The translations under genes were made by a program, and so were the position numbers. The notes under the pieces were generated by a model. The model was not told the DNA's origin. It searched no databases and saw only the letters and a program-made list of their open reading frames with translations. From positions 37,510,001-37,574,000 of the forward strand of contig OX597837.1 of the NCBI GenBank assembly GCA_951406725.2: a stretch of 64,000 nucleotides of DNA, in the 5' to 3' direction. This DNA comes from Octopus vulgaris. Taxonomy: Eukaryota. Of this stretch, positions 28,270 to 40,102 are shown one piece after another (positions within the stretch are counted from its first letter, which is position 1; every line of letters begins with the position of its first letter).

Positions 28270-29105
28270 AATAACAGGGGGGCTGAGGACTAATCCTTGG
28301 TGAACCCCTACTTCTACCCAGAATTCTTCACTATACTTGTTGCTAACCTTCTCCTTACTAACAGCATCCCTGTACATGGCTTATACAGCTCTCACCAACC
28401 ACTCACCTATCTCTAGTTTCTGCATTGACCACCAGATAAGGGATTGGGGGACCCTGTCAAAAGCTTTCTCCATGTCAATGAAAGCCAAGTACAGAGGTTT
28501 ATCTTTGGTTAGGAATTTCTCCTGCAGATGCCTTACCAGAAATATAGCATCAGTGGTGCTTCTCCCTGGCACAAACCCAAACTGCATCTCGTCTAAACTA
28601 ACTCTCTCCCTAATTAGTTGGGCTATGACCCTCTCCACGACTTTCATCACCTGATCCAACAATTTGATACCTCTGTAATTATTTCTATCTAATGCATCAT
28701 GTATCACCTGGTTGACTATACTATAGCCTACCCTGCCAGATATTTTAAGCATCTCAGCAGTGATTCCTGTTGGGGCGTGGGTTTTTCCGTCTTCATATCC
28801 TTAAATATTTTATCTACCAAGGTACTGTCAATTCGAATAGCTGATCTCTCTATTGGGTTGACATTTGGCACTCTCTTTCTCCCATGCATTCTCTTCATTT
28901 AACCTTTCATAGTGGCATCTCCAAGTCTCTCTCTTTGCAGCATCATTAAATGCAAATGAGCCATCATCCATGCAGACACATTTCTCTCCTACGACACCAA
29001 AATTCTCTCTCTCACACACTGTCTTGCAATACGAAACATTTCAAGTCTCTGGTCCTCACGATACAAAGCATTGGCAAATTTTTTCTTATCTGCTTCCCCT
29101 CTGAC
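28270..29105 (-). mobile_element. RTE-clade LINE reverse transcriptase fragment (pseudogenic)
   Basis: NYRGIKLL...QFGFVPGRSTTDAIF...YLAFIDMEKAFDRVP...VGVHQG RT motifs, with stops and frameshifts. Confidence 0.9.
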
Positions 29106-30080
29106 TATAAATACATACATACATGCATATACACAATGGGCTTCTTTCAGTTTCCATCTACCAAGTCCACTCACAAAGCTTTGGCTGGCCCGAGGCTATA
29201 GTAGAAGACACTTGTCCAAGTTGCTGCGCAGTGGAACTGAACCCGGAACCACACAGCCACTCCTGCACCTAAGTATCTATCTATCTATCTATATATATAT
29301 ATATATATATATATATAGCGGGAAAATTCACATAAAACAAAAGACGAAGACAGGTGGTGTACACAACAGATGTATTAGTTTAACGGGAAGTGAAAAAGTT
29401 TTTAACATTTCGAGCCTACGCTCTTCCACAGAAAGAAACAGGGAGAGGAAATAAAGAATGTGTAGTGGCTAGCGATCTATAATGACGAATGCCGGACAGA
29501 GGGGACACATAGGAGAACTAGGAAGAAGGGGAGATATATATATATTTATATCATCATCATCATCATTTAACGTCCGCTTTCCATGCTAGCATAGGTTGGG
29601 CGATTTGACTGAGGATTGGCAAACCAGATGGCTGCACCAAGCTCCAATCTGATCTGGCAATGTTTCTACAGCTGGATGCCCTTCCTAATGCCAACCACTC
29701 CGAGAGTGTAGTGGGTGATTTTATGTGCCACCAGCACGAGGGCCAGTCAGGCAGTACTGGCATCAGCCACGCTCAAATGGTGTTTTCTACGTGCCACCTG
29801 CACAGGTGTCAGTCCAGCGGCACTGGGAACAACCTCGCTCGAATGTTTTGTTCACGTGCCAGTAAGGTGACGCTGGTAATGATCACACTCAAATGCCTTT
29901 TACGTGCCACCAGCACGGAAACCCGACAGCTGGTCTGGTAGTGATCCTGCTCAGATAGAGCTGTTAGCGCTCCACTGGCATGGGTGCCATATATATATAA
30001 ACATATACATATATATAGGTGGTGCTCCAGCATGGCCACAGTCAAATGACTGAAACAAGTAAAAGAGTAAAGAGTAAAGA

Positions 30081-30123
<43 letters not shown>

Positions 30124-30377
30124 TATATATTACATGCACGACTGCTTTTCCCACTTGTTGTTAACTAAATACACTCACAAAGCTTTGGTTGGCCCAGGGC
30201 TACATGGAAGATGCTCTCTCAAAGTGATGTCCAATGGTACTGAACCTCAAATCACAGTCACAATGTGACCTTCTTAACCACACAACCATGTCCTGCAGAA
30301 GGTTAAAAAGCAGAGCTGATCTCAGCAGGATTCGAATTTTGTGAAAATCAATCACTGATATTAAAAGCTCCCATGAC

Positions 30378-30640
30378 TTTCAGAAACATTTTTTTACGCT
30401 AAGATTTGCTAAAGTATGGAACAAACTGCCGGCATCAGTTGTTAGTTGTCGGAGCACTGCATCCTTCAAAACTTCCATGCTTCCTGATTTTCTCCCCTCC
30501 ATACACATGCAAGCATGTATCTGACTCATACATTGTTCACTTTCCAGACATTTGTACATTACTGCATATGCTTTATACGCACTTTCTGACAAGGTGTGGT
30601 GCACCTGAGCACTGTATACAATAGTTTCATTATTATAATA
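30378..30640 (+). mobile_element. CR1-like LINE 3' end (related copy on - strand at ~43735-43956)
   Basis: [25 protein letters not shown] motif followed by a 3' UTR and ATT tail. Confidence 0.6.
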
Positions 30641-31224
30641 TGGGAGTAGGAATAAATACGGAAAGACATTTTATTTAACGCTCTGTCTTACGGACTGACA
30701 AATCTATATATGGACATTGAGGAACTCTCACACCATTTCCTTTTCGGTCTTACCCCCTCCCTACCCCCCATCGCTCCTTGATTTAAAATCACTTAACGAT
30801 GTACTTATAGAAGCGGCATCATTTCGACTCCGTCCTTCACTCACCCTGTCTCTCTCTCTCTCTCTGTCTCTTTTTCTCTCTTACTCAGACGAAGTGTAAG
30901 GTCCCGCACTCGAAACATTAGATACTTTCCCACTTCCGACTCGTTGAATTATTCCAAGAACTCTACTTCAGAAACATTTTTTTTTTTTTTTTTTTTTTGT
31001 GGCATAGACGATCATTATCAATTTCCTGAGATCCCGGATTTTAGTCTATTTTCGTCTTATTTAAGCACAATCCTTTCGACCCAGCTTCATTATATTCTAC
31101 CTGTAGAGACATGTCTATGCAAGGGAGATAACTTAAATATGATTTGCGGCCACCAAAACAAAAAACAAATAAAAAACAAGTGTGTTCCGTGTAAAAAAAA
31201 GTGAAAACAAAAATTTGTGCCCCC

Positions 31225-31810
31225 TCAGAAAAAATTTTTTCCCCACAAGCTTCTTTATAATCGTAATCTATGCCGTTTGAAAGGCATTTGTATAAAATTT
31301 CATTGAAAAAATCCCATTTTCCTAAAAGTTAAATCGGATCTTGTGAATTTTCCGAAAGTACCCTCCCCACCTCCTCGGAAAAATTTTCCCCACAAACTTC
31401 TATATAATCGTAATCTATGCCGTTTGAAATGCATTTATATAAAATTTCATTGAAAGATATTTATTTTTCTAAAAGTTAAATCGGATCTTGTGAATTTTCC
31501 GAAAGTACCCTCCCCACTCATCGGAAAAATTTTTCCCCATAAATTTCTTTATAATCGTAATCTATGCCGTTTGAAAGGCATTTATAAAAAATTTCATTGA
31601 AAGATATCCATTTTCCTAAAAGTTATGAGGAAAAAAATCGGATCTTGTGAATTTTCCGAAAGTACCCTCCCCACCTCCTCGGAAAAAATTTTCCCCATAA
31701 ATTTCTTAATAATCGTAACCTATGCCGTTTGAAAGACATTTATATAAAATTTCATTGAAAGATATCTATTTTCCTAAAAGTTATGAGGGAAAAATTGGAT
31801 CTTGTGATAG
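31225..31810. repeat. Tandem repeat, ~145-160-bp unit, ~4 copies
   Basis: Recurrent ATAATCGTAATCTATGCCGTTTGAAA and GGATCTTGTGAATTTTCCGAAAGTACCCTCCCCAC. Confidence 0.9.
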
Positions 31811-32509
31811 TCTTCTCCTCACCCCCGGCTCGTTGGCGCAAATTTTTATTTTCATATTCGTTTAAGACATTTTTTTTACACCTATTACACTTTTTTTTTT
31901 TTAGTGACAGGGTGTTAAAATAAAGATTAACCACGATTTCTAATACAAGTACCAAGGTCCAACGTTAAGGCTGGGGGTAGAGTTACGATATATCCGTATT
32001 TTCCACTATATGTTCGGGATTCAAGTGTCAAAATTTGTATCCAGGAAGATACAACAAATATTCAACAACAAATATCTTACAAACTAAAGAATTTTCTCAA
32101 TAAAGCCAAGAGAAAAAGATGTTTTATAAACACATTCTACCAGTAAACGAAGTTTAAAAGTGTTTAGTTACGTGGAAATTATTTTTAAAAACTGCCGTTC
32201 AAACCGAAAAGATCCCACACAAAATTATTTTTTAAATCTGTCGGTCAAAGTGAAAAGATCCCAAACATACGATGAGGGTATGTAGTGGTCGCTAGAAATA
32301 ATAGCTAAATAGCTCTTAAATCACACACCAAAAGTTTTTCTTTATGGAGGTGGGGTGCATAATTGTATGAATTCTCATGTGTAGAACAGAGAGATTCGCA
32401 AAAATTTTCTGAAATACCCCAAAAATAAAAAAAAGTTATGAGAGGTTATATAGGCGTAACTTCGGTATAGGTACCGAATACATTTCAAGAAAGTTTTTAT
32501 TTGTATGTA

Positions 32510-32566
<57 letters not shown>

Positions 32567-32964
32567 TGTGTATGTATGTATGTATGTATGTGTAAAGAGT
32601 ATATATGGGGGGGGGGGGAAAAGTGTTTTTGTCATCTTCTGAAATGCAAACAAAGCCACTTCTGGTACCTATACCAAAGGATCGCCGGTTATATAATATG
32701 GGGTGTTTAATACCAGGATATAACAATCGATTGCATCCAATTTGGACAGAAAGAAATAAAAATAAAAAATGAAGGGACGTAACTCAATAATGCAAGACAT
32801 TATCTGCCGTTCATCACCGGATATAATATATTTTTTTTTAATTCTGAAATAATAAAATTTAATATACACATACTTAATTAATTATTTTTTTATTATTAAC
32901 AATCACTCGAGTTTATTTCAGATATTCTCATTTTGAAACATAATTAATCGAATTTCAGTAAAAG

Positions 32965-33010
32965 AGTTCTGTAGCGGAAGTGTATGTGGTGCGGGACTAT
33001 AGTGGCGGTC
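32965..33010 (+). promoter_or_regulatory. Probable ATP5F1C proximal promoter with ETS (GABP/NRF-2-type) site
   Basis: CGGAAGT at 32975-32981 in a CpG-containing patch about 95 bp upstream of the ATG; ETS sites are typical of OXPHOS gene promoters. Confidence 0.45.
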
Positions 33011-33074
33011 TCATCAAGACGACCTCGCTAAACTATCTTCTTCGATCACAACATCAACCCAAGGTTACATAGCC

Positions 33075-33112
33075 ATGTTCTGCCGAACCGTACAGATTTT
33101 CACGCCACAATG
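33075..33112 (+). CDS. ATP5F1C: ATP5F1C coding exon 1 (mitochondrial presequence [13 protein letters not shown])
   Basis: gccATG Kozak-like start; donor tg|GTCAGT in phase 2, matching exon 2; resembles the MFSR...PQW presequence of vertebrate gamma. Confidence 0.85.
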
Positions 33113-36100
33113 GTCAGTCACAACGTTCAGCCTTTAAATCTAAACAAACCATTTCTTTCATCTCCCGCCACATCCTTCAATTCCTTACCCATGTCTTTAC
33201 CAAAGTACACCCTCACCTGTCTTCTTAATGACATAACCTCGCCTTCCAAACGTCCCCGATTGCCTATTTCCACCTCAACCCCATATCATATTTACCCAAT
33301 TTTATTTCTATTCCAACATTGCTTTCTTCGTTTTGCCCTTCCTAAGTATTTTATATGCATTTATTACATTAATTTTCCTTGCTGTATTATCATCTATGGA
33401 TGGATGCTAAGAAGTTTTTCGCAAGGGCACAAGGTCAGACGATACGTTGCACCAACAATGCAGCTATCAAAGCTCTTTAAACACCATCTGTAGACCGACT
33501 CGATTTAAATAATGCTTATAGATTGTGTACCATACTGTATAATATGTTCATACTTTATTTTCACCCTTGTTTTTCATGTCCTACACCCAGCTGTAGAGGG
33601 TAGAAGTTAAGAGCTGAAAAAAAAAAACTCTCCTCCAGACACCCTTAAAATTCTTAGATTAGACACAACCTTTCCTAGGAGACACACATTATATGCTGTA
33701 TAATATGTTCAAACTTTCTTTTCACCCTTGTTTTTCATGTCCTACACCCAGGTGTAGAGGGTAGAAGTTAAGAGCTGAAAAAAAATAACTCTCCTCGAGA
33801 CACCCTTAAAATTCTTAGACTAGACACAACCTTTCCTAGGAGACACACATTATATGTTTGGGATCTTTTCACTTTGACCGACAGATTTAAAAAATTTTTT
33901 AAAAACTAAACACTTGTAAACTTCGTATACTTGTAGAATGTGTCATGACCCCTAGATCATATTGTATTGTCCCCTCTCTATATATATATTAGAACGGTAG
34001 ATCTCGAAGCAAATATATGAAAATAGTGTGTAAATATTTGTTTAAAAACTCCTCTGGTTAGATAGAAGGTTGTTCACAGGACGTGAACGATATAAATGTA
34101 TATATATATATAAAATTAGAAAAAACCCACCTTTTATCAATTCAAAGTGAACAATTAAATTATACCATCGAGAAAATTACATATAATAGAAATATTAAAA
34201 GTAAAATAACAATAAAATATCAATGATTAAATAAATTATATATATATATATATACATATCTACAAAGCTTCATAACAGACACGATGATAAAATGTGTTAT
34301 AGTTCTTGAGAAAGCAGTGTTCTGAGTGACATTTCTATCCTAATGCCCCCGTCTGTACTTTAATGTAGGTTGGGTGAGAACGAAAAAAAGTACACAACAC
34401 CTGAGTATATTATTATTATTATCATAAGTTATGAGACAGATTCGGTCACAATGTTATGAAAATAATTTACATCTTCATCGATGGTCTTTTGCTATACACT
34501 TTAATAATACTAATAATGGTTTATTTTAGTTTATTTGTATTTTATAATATAATAAACAGCAACCAATAAGAATAATTGTTTCTACTGTGGGTACAAACAA
34601 GGATTGACATTTTGAGGGATGAGAGGTGGAGGGGGAGCAAGTCGATTTCATGGTCCCGAGTACTTGACTGGTATTTCGTTTTATCGACGGTGAAAGAATG
34701 AAAGGCAAAGTCGACCTCGGCGGAACTTACTCTGAGAACATAAAGAACTGGAAGAAATGCCTCTAGGCATTTTGTTCGATGCACTAATGATTCTTTCGTT
34801 ATGCTGCCTCAATAATAATAATAATTAATTCTTTTTATTGGCCACAAGGGCTGACAAAACATGATTGGAAAACATAAAGGGACAAAACAGGACGAAAGGT
34901 TACAAAAGGTTCTGTTCGTTTTTCGAAGGGAAAAAGTCCGTGTAAACAAGCTTTACAACAACGAAAAAATTCAACAATTTACAAAACTCCCAATGGAGGA
35001 GACGCTTCGAAAAAGGAAAGGTCTCGCGTGGAAAAACCCATAAAAGCAATAATAATAATAAACAGGTTAAGAAAGACTTGTAGATGAAATAATCCATGAA
35101 ATTCTAGAGCAGTTTAAGGTGATGGTAATTCGTACCCCCCCTCCACCCCGGCAATGTCACAATGATATTGATGATGATGGTGGTGATGTATTTTGGTAGT
35201 TATATTTTCCTATGTAATTGTTCCTCCACCGATGAGGTCCTGCTCAAATTCCCATTGCTGATTTGTCGATTTATTTTGAACAGCTGTTGTCTCATGTAGG
35301 AGAAATCCAGCCCTTGGCCAATTCCCTCATGAGTGGGTGGGTGGGGGGTCATCTCACTACCCTCTCTTAACCGGGCAGTGTTCCCCCTGTTTTGTGGCTT
35401 TGGTGATGAGGCTGAAAGGCTTGAGGAAAGACATCTTCCTCTTTGGTCAGCTCTCATCAACTCTTAGCATTTAAGCCGGCCCAAACATTCTACCTGTTTT
35501 ATGTTATGGAAAATTGGACGGGGTGAGTGGGTCGGTAAGTTCAGAACAGTGTTAAAGAGGCATAGTGGGTGGGAGGAGGTGGTGGTGAACGCAGGTGGAG
35601 GTAGCTGACCTAATCTCAATACGCAAAAATACAACAAGACAAAATATACACCATAAATACATTAATAAAACATGTTTAGAGCTATGCATTTCCTTAACCT
35701 CTGTTGTTTTGTTTTGCAGTGCGCAGACTCGGGGCATGGCCACCTTGAAGGACAGTAAGTATTTCTCTTTCTCTTTTACTTGTTTCAGTCATTTGACTGC
35801 GGCCATGCTGGAGCACCGCCTTTTTAGTCGAGCAGATCGACCCAGGGACTTATTCTTTGTAAGCCCAGTACTTATTCTATTGGTCTCTTTTGCTGAACCG
35901 CTAAGTGACGGGGACGTAAACACACCAGCATCGGTTGTCAAGCAATGCTAGGGGGACAAACACAGACACACACACACATATACAACAGGCTTCTTTCAGT
36001 TTCCGTCTACCAAATCCACTCACAAGGCATTGGTCGGCCCGGGGCTATAGCAGAAGACACTTGCCCAAGATGCCACGCAGTGGGACTGAACCCGGAATCA

Positions 36101-39100
36101 TGTGGTTGGTTAGCAAGCTACTTACCGAACAGCCACCCCTGCGCCAATGTAGATGAGGATTTTTCATTGTTAGTTTTCTGTCTGTCTGTCTCTCTCTCTC
36201 TCTCTAGTTCTAGAGTTTCCTGACACTATTTCATCTTAGCAAAATCAGTAGCAAGGTGTGGCAAAACGTGCATGAATGGGTAACTGCTAGTCTTCCACAA
36301 GAAACTTTGGTCTTTGTCCCAGGCCTGCGCATTCTGATGCCAGTACATGCGAAAACACACTTACTGCACAGGAACCAAGACTATTCAGTTTCATGCGTGT
36401 GCACTTGAGACACAGCAACCAAGTTAACCTGTTGTTGATAGTGGGGTACTTTCTGGAATTTTCCATATTCCATATAATGTATTATGTCATCATCATCATC
36501 ATCATCATCTGTTTTCCATGCTGGCATGGGTTAGACGGTTTGACTGAAAACTGGTCAGCTGGGGAACTGCACAGGGTTCCATTCTGATTTGGCATGATTT
36601 CTACAGCTGGATGCTCTACATAACGCGAACCACTCCAAGAGTGTAGCAGGTTCTTTTTACATGCCACTGGCACAGGTACCAGTTACACAACACCAGCATT
36701 GACCACAACTATGATCTCACTTGGCTTGACAGGTCTTCTCAAGCACAGCATATTGCCAAGTGTCTCGGTCCCTTGTCACTGCCTCCATGAGGTTCAGAGA
36801 TCGAAGGGTGCCATTTATGTGCCACCGGCACGGGTGCCAGTTATGCAGCACTGGCATTGGCCACGGCTACGATTCCACTTGGCTTGAGGGGTCTTCTTAA
36901 GCACAGCATATCGCCAAAGGTCTCCGTCACTAATATATATATAATATCTACAATTAATAGTTACTGTTTATCATCATACATCCATGTTCCATGCTGGCAT
37001 GGGTGGGACAGTTTAATAGGAGCCGGCCAGGCCAAAGCCTGCACCAGACTTCTGTGACTGTTTTGGCAGGATTTTTACAGCTGGATGCCCTTCCTAACAC
37101 CGACCACTCAGCAGAGTGGACTTAGTGACACAAGCACAGGCAGCAAAAGCATACTTCCAAATTTACTTGTTGTGTAACAGTGTGCCAATGTCTAATTGCT
37201 TTGCTTTTCAGTTCGTCTTCGTCTAAAGTCTGTGAGCAACATTCAAAAGATCACAAAATCCATGAAGATGGTGTCAGCTGCCAAATTTGCTCGGGCTGAG
37301 AAGGATTTGAAACCTGCCCGCCCCTATGGCCATGGATCACTAGGTAAGTAGTTATTTTTAATTTTATTTTATTTTTCATTTATTTATTTCACTGTTTTAT
37401 TGAAGAATGTATCTAAAAGAGATTTTGCACCAGATTCTAGTGGTGGACTAAATAACAATACCTGGTACTTTTGGTGCTGAGTTTAACACCAACACCTGGT
37501 CCTTGGGTACCCAGTTTAAATTCCAGTACCTAGTCCTTGTGTACCCAGTTTAAATTCCAGTATCTAGTCCTTGGTACCCAGTTTAAATTCCAGTATCTAG
37601 TCCTTGGTACCCAGTTTAAATTCCAGTATCTAGTCCTTGTGTACCTAGTTTAAATTCCAGTACCTAGTCCTTGGGTACCCAGTTTAAATTCCAGTATCTA
37701 GTCCTTGGTACCCAGTTTAAATTCCAGTACCTAGTGCTTGGTACCCAGTTTAAATTCCAGTATCTAGTCCTTGGGTACCCAGTTTAAATTCCAGTATCTA
37801 CTCCTTGGGTACCCAGTTTAAATTCCAGTACCTAGTCCTTGGTACCCAGTTTAAATTCCAGTACCTAGTCCTTGGTACCCAGTTTAAATTCCAGTATCTA
37901 GTCCTTGTGTACCCAGTTTAAATTCCAGTATCTAGTCCTTGGATGCTCAGTTTTGGAACAGCCCAATAAAAATATCAATTCAAAGCCAACATAGCAGAGC
38001 TGATATTATTCTGTGGGGCTGGGAACAAAAGCCATGCTCTGTTGCAGAGATCAAGCTGTCCACAAGATGTGAATGTACAATCAAAGGTCCAGGAAAAAGA
38101 ACGTTTGACAAATTAATGTGGAACTTACAGTTTTTGTACACTGGCTATGAATTCTCGTTTGCACCTGTCATCATAGGTGCATTAGGTTACGTACCAACAA
38201 ATTCTTAGAAACGCTTGGTTTTATTGAGACGGAACAAAAGTAACTGACATAGATTCACCAGATCAAATCTATTAGTGGCACAATGAAGATGTGTAAGACT
38301 TTCCAAAAATTCCCCATCTGAGATTCTCTAGACCAGGGCTGGCCAACCTGACGCCCATGGGCCACATGCAGCCCGCAGACTAATCTTGCAGTCTACTTGA
38401 TGTTTTTTCGAAATGGGTTTATTTAAACAAACATTTAAAAAATTTTATCAGAAATTAAAGATTGTAATGAAAAGTAAAAAAAGAAAGCTACTACTGTTTT
38501 GGCAACGATAATATTTCATTCATTATTGGAATATTAACATGAGATAGCAAAATGCTTTAAATTCTGTCAGTATACAAACGGCCCTCAAAAAACTTGCTGT
38601 GATTAAAGTGGCTCACAATATAATTCGGGTTGGCCAGGCCTGCTCTAGCTGAATAAATGCACACGTTTGGGTGTTATGCATCGACAGTTCAACCAACACA
38701 CCAACTCAGCCACAGGTTTACAAACACCAGGAACTCTCTTAACTCAAAAAGCTTTGTTAGCGACCAGCTTGTACTCTCTTAAGAACTCTTTTACTTGTTT
38801 CAGTCATTTGACTGCGGCCATGCTGGAGCACCGCCTTTAATCAAGCAATTCGACCCCGGGACTTATTCTTTGTAAGTCCAGTACTTATTCTATCGGTCTC
38901 GTTTTGCCGAACCACTAAGTGATGGGGACATAAACACACCAGCATCGGTTGTCAAGCAATGCTAGGGGGACAAATACACACACACATATACATATATACG
39001 ACAGGCTTCTCTCAGTTTCCGTCTACTAAATCCACTTACAAGGCATTGGTCGGCTCGGGGCTATAGCAGAAGACACTTGCCCAAGATGCCACGCAGTGGG

Positions 39101-39161
39101 ACTGAACCCGGAACCATGTGGTTGGTTAGCAAGCTACTTACCACACAGCCACTCCTGAGCC

Positions 39162-39199
<38 letters not shown>

Positions 39200-40070
39200 A
39201 GAGAGAAATTTTGTGGGGATGGGATTGGTTGATTACATTGCCCCCTGTGCTCAACTGGTATTACTTTTATCAACCCTGATTGGCTAAAAAAACAAAGTTG
39301 ACCTTGACAGGATTTGAACTCAGAACGTAAAGAATTGGAAGAAATGCAGCTAAACATTTTGTCTAACATGCTAACAACTCTAGCTCTGCACTTTAATAAT
39401 AATAACAATAATAATAATGATCTTTTCTACTGGAAGCTCAAGGCCTCAGATTTGGGGAAATGGATTAAGTCGATTACATCAACCCCAGTGCCTAACTGGT
39501 ACTTATTTAATCTACCCTCCCTCCCAACGGTGAAAGGCAAAGTCGACCTCAGCGGAATTTGAACTCACAATGTGGCAGCAGACGAAATACCACTAAGCAT
39601 TTTTCCCAGCGTGCTAACAATTCTGCCAGCTTGTCACCTTAATAATAATAATGATAAAAACAGAAACAATTCCTATCATAGTAGGTGCATTAGGTATAAA
39701 TCCTTAAATCCTTAATAATGTTTTAGCCCAAAGGCCGCGGCCATGCTGGGGCCCCACCGCTGGACCGCAGAGGGACTTGAACCCACGACCCTCAGATTAC
39801 TTCTAAGGTTGACCTATAAAAGTCTGATGCTCTACCGACTGAGCTATGCGGTATGATAAAAAAAAATATTCAAATACATAACAAAAACACCAGGACTTAC
39901 AAATATATATAACATACAGAAAATTGCACTACTAGGCACTGCACACATCCTACGCAGAACACTTTCCATACAGTAACTATCAGAGCATCACAACAAATCA
40001 CAGCACATACCCAAGGTACACAGAGCTGCGCTCGGTAGTGAAGAGAAAGCACATTATAAAAATAAAACTA

Positions 40071-40102
<32 letters not shown>

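Noticed and set aside
39761-39763. Genomically encoded CCA on the tRNA-Lys head
   Set aside because: By acceptor-stem register these bases are positions 72-74, not a post-discriminator CCA
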